A stretch of 64,000 bases of DNA from Setoptus koraiensis. Lineage: Eukaryota; Animalia; Arthropoda. Position numbers and translations under genes: made by a program. The notes beneath the pieces are model-generated. The model saw only the letters and a list, made by a program, of their open reading frames with translations. It was not told the origin of the DNA and did not search any database. This document shows positions 1 through 9,100 of the stretch, piece after piece; position 1 is the first letter of the stretch, and each line of letters starts with the position of its first letter. The stretch is taken from NCBI GenBank assembly GCA_048013815.1, contig CM106586.1, positions 17,918,001-17,982,000 of the forward strand, written 5' to 3'.

Positions 1-2187
1 GGCGACACGCGCGACACCGACGACAATCCCGAGAGCAGCGACGGCGAGCCCGACGCCAGACTGCAACCGTCCGAGGGCTCGGGCTTCAGCTCGGAGCTTG
101 ACATACCCGACGAGTCGTTCATGTTCAACGAGGCGTCCACTGTCCGGGAGACCCTGGCCGTGGCCCCCTACTCGCTGACCGTTCCCCGCCAACTGATCAA
201 CGGCGGCTCAATTAGCGAGAGGCTAATCAACGGCAGGCTAGTGGACGGGAGGCAGTGGCACAACGACACTGTTGCGTCACACTTGCCCTGGGCGACCGGC
301 AGGAGTGCGCCGGCGCACGCGGGCTCCCTTCGGGCGAGGCGCCACGAGCAACAGCAGCAGAGCGCCCTGTTGAGGTCGCCGGCGGGCACGGGCGACGGGT
401 TGCCGCTGGCGAATGTGTCAGCAAACGGCGCGCCCCACAACACGTTCGCCGATTTGCTCATGCCATTCGTGCATCACTATCACATCCTAATCATAGCCAT
501 ATTGTTCAATTTGTGGATCAACAATCGCCGCTCGGTCGGGCTGGCGCCGTCGGCCAACGCAAGCCCGGCGCATTGCGCGCCCGCCTCGTCGCGGGTGCGG
601 TATCACGCGGGCGCGCGCCCGACAGTGGACAGTGTGGGATCGTCGTCGTGCGACGCCAAGACCGCACTGAGGAGCCCGTCCACTGACTCGTCCGCAATAT
701 CGTCGTTTATTCTGGTGGAATTAGACGGCGACAAGCGGCGCACTCGGTCCAAGATGCGCTCGCACTCGCTCGAATCGCTCAATTCGTCCGCCTATTACGA
801 CCCGGAGCCGGCCAATGTCGCCCAGAGCGGCCAAACTAACTGGCACAAGGACCCCATTCGGTTGAATCGCGAGGGCAAAATAAAGCGCCACTCAACGAAA
901 CGCATCGTGACATCGAGCGCCAAAAAGAACTGTCACTTTTTGGGGGCCCGGTCGTCGTCCATGTCACTGTTGAGCACGACGTCGTCCACGCAACCCATGG
1001 CCGACACGCTCAGGTTGGACCTGTTGCAGTCGCCCGCGTACGCGTCGGGCTCGCTGTCGTTGTCGCGCCGGCCCGGCCCCAAATCCAAGTCAATCAAGGG
1101 CTTCTTCGTGGGCATGCTGGTGCTGTCGTCGTCGTTCATCGTTTTGCTGCTCAAGAACGAAATCGTCACCATGACGACCCACTCGGTCATACAGGTGAGT
1201 CGACTCTGCGCATCTAATTTTTATCTGTGTTATTCTCTCTCGAATTATCGCCATCGCAACTAATCGCACCAACACCAACTAATTGAATGATCCAACTACC
1301 GCCACTCAAAGTTCATTTGCGTCATCATCACGGTCATCGCGCTCGTGATCCATTGGCGCAAGAAGCGCGCCAGGAGGCGCAAACTGGGCCTGTACGAGCG
1401 CCAGCCACTGGGGCCCGTCGACATGGAGGCCTCGCCGGGCCAAATAATGCAATTCGTCGACCACAACGACAGGGCCATCGCAAGCGGCAACTACTTCTAC
1501 AGACAACCCTACAGTTTGATGAGGGAGCAGCTCAAGGAGCGACAGTCGAGCACCATCAGGGCGTTCATGAATTCGCACCTCGTCGTGGCCGAGCAACAGC
1601 ACCACCGGAGAGCCCAGGGCAAACACTGGAAAAAGAACGCGGACTCGAATGGTCACAATGCCCAATCCAACGCCCTCACCGAATGCCAATTGAGCATTGA
1701 TTTCATGAGCTATTTATTCCTATTATCGTCTTACTATTGTGGCCTGTCCGTATCGCTAGAATCCTATTACAAACTGACCACCCTGCTGGTGACAAATGGC
1801 TCAACTTCTGCCTCCATCATGCTCAGCTATTCGCTCATCAACGCGGCCTTCATTCACACCATTATGATATTCAAGGGACTCATGCTAATTGTACAGGTCA
1901 CCCTGCAGAGTCTGCTAATTAGAATAAGTTGCATCAATTCCATCGAAACAAAACAAATATTTGCCTTTCTCATATTCACCAATCTCAGCCTGTGGATTCT
2001 CGAGGTCAGCGATCAGGGAGTTCCCTGGGCCAGCTACGATCCAGCCACAACTGCTGCAACAGCAACCGCTGATCGGGGCCTCAAAGCGATCCAGCACAAT
2101 CCAAGAAACATATTCAGTATGCTGGTCACACTGACCCGATTTTACCAGGCGCTTGTGTTTATGCAGCATTGGATGAAGACGAGATGA
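1..2187 (+). CDS. Otopetrin-like (OTOP family) multi-pass membrane protein, 5' partial; C-terminal OTOP domain visible
   Basis: Frame 1 is open from base 1. Intron 1195-1311 (GTGAGT...AAAG, phase 0) joins ...HSVIQ to FICVII..., and the stop is at 2185-2187. Six hydrophobic segments resemble otopetrin TM7-12: KGFFVGMLVL, FICVIITVIAL, LSIDFMSYLFLL, LIVQVTLQSLLI, KQIFAFLIFTNLSLWILE, MLVTLTRFYQALVFMQHW. Confidence 0.7.
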
Positions 2188-2398
2188 TGCAAACAGTCCA
2201 GAATGATCCCCCAATAAAATAACGAAATTCATCAATAGTTGTTCACTAGCAAACAAGTTAATAATCAGTACAGAGAACAGAATCGCAACCGATATTCTTC
2301 TGGTGATGACGAAACTCGAAGCCTCGTAGTTAGCTCTATTTGGGTTCCGTTTGTTTCTACCGGGCACACTCACTTTTGACTAGTGTGGTGGTCTTTTT

Positions 2399-2623
2399 GT
2401 TTCCATCGTCGTGGATTTGATAGTGGTTAAAACCAAAAAGTTTAAACCACTGGCTTCTATCTGGACGAAATGATTAATTTTTTTTTTGTTTTTTAGTTGG
2501 TTTTAACCATGGTTTTAATAGCGATTTTAAATAAAATGGACGTAATGGTTTCTATGTCGTCTGATTTAAATCAAATTGGAATTAAAAACCATTTCGATCA
2601 TGATTTAAATCAGTCTATGGAAA
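2399..2623. mobile_element. Possible degenerate MITE/foldback relic
   Basis: AT-rich block with imperfect inverted ends (GTTTCCATCG / CTATGGAAAC) and internal inverted motifs (GGTTAAAACC / GGTTTTAACC, ATTTAAATC twice). No TSD found. Confidence 0.3.
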
Positions 2624-2771
2624 CTTGTGATGGCGGTGCAGGCTAGTGGGCGACCCAGTTTGGGTCGTCCATCTGCCTCCCCACTGGCGCAACCCAGGTC
2701 GTTCGGTGCATGTCCGGTGCACGCGCGCGAGCAACTGGTGTGTTCATTCAGGTTAGTCTCATTGACAACGA

Positions 2772-2906
2772 TAAAATAAGATAGATTCAACAACAATAAA
2801 TAAAATAAGATAGATTCAACAACGATAAATAAAATAAGATAGATTCAACAACAATAAAAAATAAAATAAGATAGATTCAACAACAATAAATAAAATAAGA
2901 TAGATA
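2772..2906 (+). repeat. 29-bp tandem repeat, about 5 copies (TAAAATAAGATAGATTCAACAACAATAAA)
   Basis: Unit starts at 2772, 2801, 2830, 2862 and 2891. The array ends about 16 nt before the ATG at 2923. Confidence 0.95.
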
Positions 2907-2922
2907 GACAAATACAAAAAAA

Positions 2923-3378
2923 ATGGATCCCATACCCGAACCAATTAACCTAGAGGACGATTGTTGTATCTGTTTCTGCCCTAAGGTTAGGCCAACTATG
3001 GTACACTACGGCCATAACTTTTGTGAATCCTGCGTGCACACCCTCATCAGAGTGCAGCAGGAGGACCCAAACCGGGTTAGAACCATAATTACGCGAAGAG
3101 GCGAAGAGAAGGTTGTACGAATGCGGCCAGCATGTCCGGAATGCCGCGAAAGCATCACCGCCCTCTTTCTGGTTGAACCACCCCAACCCGAAATAGAACC
3201 TGAAGAATCACAGCCTGATGCCTCCTACCCGCGTCCAGTCGAAGTACTGGAATCGAGCGGTAGGGGCATCAGCATAAAATATCTGACCGTCTACCCGGAT
3301 GGGAGCCAGAGATGGGTGCCCAGATCTCTCTCAAAAGTTTTGACGAGAAAAGTATGGTCTAGTGAGATGTTGTCGTAG
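2923..3378 (+). CDS. Intronless RING-finger (C3HC4-like) protein with a C-terminal chromo-like segment, 151 aa
   Basis: Pattern CCIC-x11-YGH-x2-CESC-x33-CPEC, with Tyr (TAC) in the third ligand position. The C-terminal EVLESSGRGISIKYLTVYPDGSQRWVP resembles the chromo-like pattern I/V-L-x2-R/K-G-R-G-x3-Y-L-V...W-x-P. Confidence 0.65.
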   Translation: MDPIPEPINLEDDCCICFCPKVRPTMVHYGHNFCESCVHTLIRVQQEDPNRVRTIITRRGEEKVVRMRPACPECRESITALFLVEPPQPEIEPEESQPDASYPRPVEVLESSGRGISIKYLTVYPDGSQRWVPRSLSKVLTRKVWSSEMLS

Positions 3379-4505
3379 TAGATATGTACGATTGAAAGAA
3401 ATGTCTCATGAAGGGAGCGATGAAATCAGCGATTGTAGGGTAAGCATTTGGTGGCGATAAAAGGTCGCCATGTATGGCTTAGTCGACTCGGAAGTCTGCT
3501 ATAAGTTTCTACCATTGCACGTGAGAGGTGAAGTTTTTGATTTCCTTGATCTCCATGAGCCATTTTTACTATCTGAGAAACTATTGGAAGAATCGTGTGA
3601 TGTTTGATGAATTTGCAATTCCTAGTCTGGTTGGCTGTTGGCTGTCTAAAGAGTCTAACGGTTTGTTGAGACTGGCCCAAGACATCTCCGGATGATTTAA
3701 CGGCGTCCAAAGGATTGACGGGTGCTTGCTGTAGGGTTGGCGTTTTCGGTACCTCAATTGATGCTGAGCGGCGGCCTCTGACTGGGGGAAACTTGGAGTG
3801 CTGTTCGGAATACGTACCAAGCCCGATTTCATTCAAACTTCATACATGGACCCCCGAAGGGGCCCCAAAGAACAAATAAAGTGGTTCGGAAGTGGGGAAA
3901 AGTAGTCGACGAAGAGCGACAATTCATGGTGTGAACGACATACATGTAGATTTATAGATATAAACAATGTTCAGTGTTCAATGAATGAGTTCAATATCTG
4001 TGTCATGTATCGAGAAAAAGATTTATCCATCACACACATTAGCTCAACTCAGGCGCCTCTCCATCATGATACTCGACGTATCATAGAAAACTGTTCGGAC
4101 CAATAGCTGATTGGAATCAACGTAGATCAGGCTTTTCTGAGTTGTTTGTATCGCTGCAGCGAAAGTTTCAGTGCAATGTTGTAGTGAGCTCCACCTTGAT
4201 TTCAACCAATTTTGTTTCCAAGTAGTTAAAAAGTTGAATTTTTCCAGAGCAATACATTGGACTTCAATGATTGAAGTATTGCGGTTCTGAATCGTTGTCA
4301 TGCGTAAAAGAGTTTACCCTGTGAGCTTGAGTCTTCGCTTGTCGCCGACTGGAGCGTATCTAATTACCAAGGTAAACATTGAAACGGAGTGTCGACTTGC
4401 AAGAAACAGAGAAATTGATTTATTTACCATGCAAAGAGAGTTTTCGATAGATGTGAATCGATACACAGAAATCGGAATTGAAATTATGTATCGAGATTCC
4501 AAAAG

Positions 4506-5504
4506 ATGACTACGTTGTCCGCACAACGACTTGTTTTTGCCGCAGCATTTGTCATATTGGCAATTTTAGTTGTGGGGCCCGATGAACAGTTGGCAACAGC
4601 AATTCTCAATCATGTCAAGTGTGGTATAAATCTTAATCCCAACGGCAACAAATGGATACCGAATAAGAAACCAAAAGTCACGAAAAGAATTGCTAGCAGC
4701 GACGAGACTTCTCCTGGAGATTTTCCCTGGCTGGTGGCTATAGGAGTGTTAGATTCTGAGAAGCAGTTTATCTTGAAATGCGCTGGCACAATTGTGACTG
4801 ACAAAGATGTACTGACTGCCAAAAATTGCGCGGATAGTGAGAACACTTTAATCGTTGCTGGCATCCATGATATAACCTCACCTCTAAATAATGGGTCAGT
4901 TCAATGGAGGAAAGTTAAAAAATTCACAAATCACCCGAAACTTGATGCAACAGGCCTCGAAGTGGATGAGCCATTCGAAATCAATAATTCAGTTACGCCT
5001 GCCTGTATGCCGGAAAGTACTCAAGAATATGATTTAAATCCGGGCACAAATGTCACCATAGCTGGCTGGGGAGCGTACCACAGATTTGGTGGCAATACAG
5101 ACAAAATGCGAGCTGCCATCCAGACGATCCAGACGGAAGATGTTTGCATTAATTCGATGCCACTGGATAAATATAAAAATTCCGATCATTTTTGCACGGC
5201 AATCCCTGGCGAACCCACTTTTCCTGATGTAGCAAACTGCTTTGGCGATCTCGGCGGACCAGCCTTATATGTCCGAAATGGTAAATGGGAAATCGAAGGT
5301 GTCATAACCATGATAAATTGTTATGAGGGAGCGTACGGTTACACCAATACGGCAAGGCTGAATAAAATAATGTCCCGAAATACACCCCATCCAGAGCCAG
5401 ACCCTTGGCCAGAGCCAGATCCGGACCCTTGGCCAGATCCAGATCCGGACCCTGGGCCAGATCCAGATCCAGACCCTGTGCCGGATTATCCGGATTACCG
5501 TTAG
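4506..5504 (+). CDS. Secreted or anchored trypsin-fold serine protease homolog, non-catalytic, 332 aa, intronless
   Basis: N-terminal hydrophobic segment; pro-peptide CG...KR|IASS; FPWLVAI; CAGTIV; LTAKNC in place of LTAAHC; GWG; CFGDLGGP in place of GDSGGP; C-terminal PEPDPW/PD repeats. Confidence 0.9.
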   Translation: MTTLSAQRLVFAAAFVILAILVVGPDEQLATAILNHVKCGINLNPNGNKWIPNKKPKVTKRIASSDETSPGDFPWLVAIGVLDSEKQFILKCAGTIVTDKDVLTAKNCADSENTLIVAGIHDITSPLNNGSVQWRKVKKFTNHPKLDATGLEVDEPFEINNSVTPACMPESTQEYDLNPGTNVTIAGWGAYHRFGGNTDKMRAAIQTIQTEDVCINSMPLDKYKNSDHFCTAIPGEPTFPDVANCFGDLGGPALYVRNGKWEIEGVITMINCYEGAYGYTNTARLNKIMSRNTPHPEPDPWPEPDPDPWPDPDPDPGPDPDPDPVPDYPDYR

Positions 5505-5762
5505 CTTTCCAGATGACCATCCATTCAAATCCACAATCAAGGTGTATCTAACATCTCTTGAACCATTTGGCAGATTGGGACGAAAGGGAGCAATAATGAG
5601 AGAGAGAGCAGGATCTAACCGAGACGAAAAGACGAAACTCTGAGGCTTGTACAATACATATTTACGCCAGACCCTCTAGCATACATCGTTTCCGGCCCCT
5701 TTTGCCGCAATCCAAAACACCAATTGTTGTGCTCTTGTGTCGTGAAAACCTAAAATAAAACC

Positions 5763-5919
5763 CAGGCTTTCGTGGTTCCTGCCGAATCGCGTTTCGACGA
5801 AATGTCGATGCAGGACGTTGATTCGCGGGTTTTTTCAGCTCGGAAAGAACCCAAAAAACCTAAAAAACCGAAAAACCGAAAAAACGAAAAACCGAAAAAC
5901 CGAAAAAACGAAAAGCCTG
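5763..5919. mobile_element. Possible hAT-like MITE relic with AAACCGA/AAACGA internal repeats
   Basis: Near-perfect terminal inverted repeats CAGGCTTTCG (5763) and CGAAAAGCCTG (ending 5919), plus tandem AAAAACCG/AAAAACG motifs at about 5855-5912. The flanks are not a perfect 8-bp TSD. Confidence 0.45.
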
Positions 5920-6133
5920 ACTTGTGCATCTCGCACAAAGGGCGATTGTTGGTAGTTTCAGCACTGATTGTTCTGCTCTGCCTATTGAATCAATAGTATT
6001 AATTGGCTCTGCCAATGGGGAGATGTTAATATTTATTTGTTCGTGAGCGTTGCCCTAGAGATCAATAGTTACAGTGTTGTTACAATAATGTTGCGGATAA
6101 TTGATATTGTTGGATCTGTTGTGGTGCCAGCAG

Positions 6134-9100
6134 TCACAAATTGATGCCTCTGATGGCCAGCGTCGCCGTGGTGGCGCTTTGTATGGCAGCAGCTAGACAG
6201 TTGCGATTATTAGTGGGCAGCGTCAATTGTGTGGGCCCACTTGGCAACGCATTGTTTGTTATATAATTTATTGCAATCATTGTTGTTGTTGTTGTTGTTG
6301 TTGTTGAGGGGGCCGACTGAGCTGAGGTGTCTCTAACAACTGCGCTCACAGTGTGACCACTGTTGCTTGCATCTGTTTGTATGACAACTAACGCCGGCAT
6401 GTGGTTGTCATGGTGAGAGGGCGCTACAAATGACATATTATCTTGGCGACTATTGTAGCTGTTGTTGCTGTCGTTGTTGTTGTTATAGGGTGGCGGCGGG
6501 GGCGCTAGCGGCTCCCGTTCCAAAATGGCGCCCGTTTGCTCGGCCACTGAATCATCTGTCAGTTTGGGCCTCAGTTCACTTGTTGCTGCTAGCTGTGCCG
6601 TTGTTGTATACTTTCTGTTGTTGTTGTTGTTTGTGTTGTCGTTGTTGCTGTTGCTGCTTTTGAAAATCTTATCAATCAGTCTGTAACACGCGCACAACAA
6701 ATGGGGCCCCGACAGGTTGAGATTGGAGCAGGGTCCTTGGGCTGCGCACGAGTGACGCGAATTGACCGAGCTGTTGTCCGCGTTTGCCAGCAGGCCGGCC
6801 GTGCTCGATTTGGCCGTGTCCGAAATGGCCAGAGTGTCGCAAGTGGCCGAACTGGCCGAGGTGTCCTTTCGTTTTTTGTGCAACAAAATGCTCTTGTGAT
6901 GCTGATGTCGCGCTGTTTGCTTGCATCTGGCCGAAAACAGTGCCTCAAATCTGTAGTATAATCTGTTCATGAGCGCGCAAGCGATCTCATGCAATCCCGT
7001 TGGCGCGGCCAGTGTGTAAATTATTGGATTTAAGGCGCTATTTATGGGCAATATAAACACGGCTATCCAAGTGTAAACTTTAGCCGGAATAGGAGTATCC
7101 ACTGACAATAGGGCCACCAATTTGATGGCCACAATGGGCAGCCAGCACAAACAATCGGCCACCACAATGAAAAAGAATCGGGCCGCCAGAATGGCGTCCT
7201 CCTTGCGCTTGCCGGACAGCGCGGCCGGCTTGGCCAGCCTGCTGGTGCGGCGCAGCAGCACGTACATCCGGCCGTACAGGCAGATGATGACCAGCACCTG
7301 GCGGGGATCGGAGCGAACGATAAATGATTGTTATTGCGATTATTATTATGCGGTTATTGCGATCATTATGCGGTTATTGCGATCATTATGTGACGTTCGA
7401 GAAGCGAATTCGAGAGATGTCACTGTCGCGCCGGAAGTGAGCTCGTTCGGCGCGACAAGCGGCACGTGTAGTGACTTTTTGCACTTTAGAAATGCACTTA
7501 CGGCCAGGAAGTTGAGGCCCACGAATATGAAGGCCGAGTATATCCAGCCCGAACTGAAGGGCTCGTGTATGTGCAACGGCAAACACAATCCGTTTGTTGC
7601 GTAATACACCTCGTCGCCCGTTGTTGACCAGCGCGCTATCGGGTAGCTGGCTATCACTAGCGATACCAGCCACACCAGCGATATGTAAAGAAGCGATCGC
7701 GAGGCCAATTGGTCGTTGTAGTATGTGGCCGTAAAAGACCTGTAGCGCTCTATGGTGATGAGCAGCAACATCAACAGGCTCAGCTCCGACGACAGCATCG
7801 CCAGAAATCCAATTGCGGTGCACGGCCACGACGACATCCAATCGTACGCCTTCTGATTGTATTTTTCCCTGTATACCTGGTCGGCGTAGCCTATGGCGCA
7901 CAAGTACAGGCCCATCATCAGGTCGGCCACTGTCGCCATCCAATTAGTCAGTAATTTTTGTCAGTAATTAGCGGTCGATCGATAATTGGCAGTCAATCGG
8001 TAATTAGCAATTAATCAATGATTGGAAATTTATCAATAATTAGCAATTTATCAGCAATTTATAGTTGGTAGCAGGCTAATCAGCAGGGCTAGCAAAAGCG
8101 GTTCGGTGCCGCCATCGTAATGGGTGCAGTGACTCGACCATTTTCACATGCAATACTTCTTTCGGAAAAGTTTTCTGTGTATTAAGTGTTTTTTCAGGGC
8201 CATTTTTATGCGCACCGGAAACGCCGAATTTCAAGCGATTTCCACCATTTTCTCCGAATATTTCGCCGAAAATATTGGTAGAAATCGCCAGCTTTGACTG
8301 TCTATTTTTCAGCCGTCTCAGACGGATTTATCGCGCTGACAGATTTTTCCGGAAATTCGAGCAAAACTCGAATTTCCGGAAAAAATCTGCCCGAAAAATT
8401 TTTGCCCGAATTTCGAGGTGCTGAAAATACTGATTTCGTGCGTCAATGGCACCGATTTGCGCCCAAAATAACCACCCATTATGCTAGCCCCACTAATCAG
8501 TTGTAACAGGTAAACTCACCTGACAGGTTCTTGATGAATATCGACACGGACTTGTTCTCGTGTTTCGATATGAGGCGCCAAATGAGGACGGATACGTTGC
8601 CGCAACAGCACACAAACGCCACTATCCAAACGGCGTATCTCAGCAATGGATAAATGAGAAGATGTTCGTCGTTTGACACACCGTCAGTGTTTGGCCGACA
8701 CACTCTGACAATGCGCGCAAAATGACAATATCTGTATTTGATGAATGTTATCTTTGTTAAATTGATTAAATTGCGATTCTCGAAATGATCAACACTTATG
8801 TTGTTTATTGTAATACCATCCAAATACAATTTTACCAGTTCCGTCATGCCGTCGAAAACGTCAACCGGAAGTGAATTTATTGGATTGAAGTCCAATTTTA
8901 AATTCTCCAATTTTATGCCCTTGCCAGGGAACATACTTCGCGATAGGTTTGTAATGAGATTATGTTGCAACTGCAGCTCGGCTAGCTTCAGATTATTGTC
9001 CAGTGAGCCAGGCTCAATGTAGGTGATTTTGTTGTTTTCCAATTCGCTGCGGCGTTCGTTAATTTGCATAATAGTTTCATAATATAATAATTTTTATTAT

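Noticed and set aside
2772-2906. 29-bp repeats as a CRISPR array
   Set aside because: The units are directly abutting with no unique spacers, the context is eukaryotic, and no cas genes are present.
3421-3836. Minus-strand frames faintly resembling LTR-retrotransposon RNase H (KWLMEIKE...LIADF)
   Set aside because: Similarity is limited to a few residues across several stops. No RT (YxDD), integrase or LTR evidence nearby; it would need a profile search.
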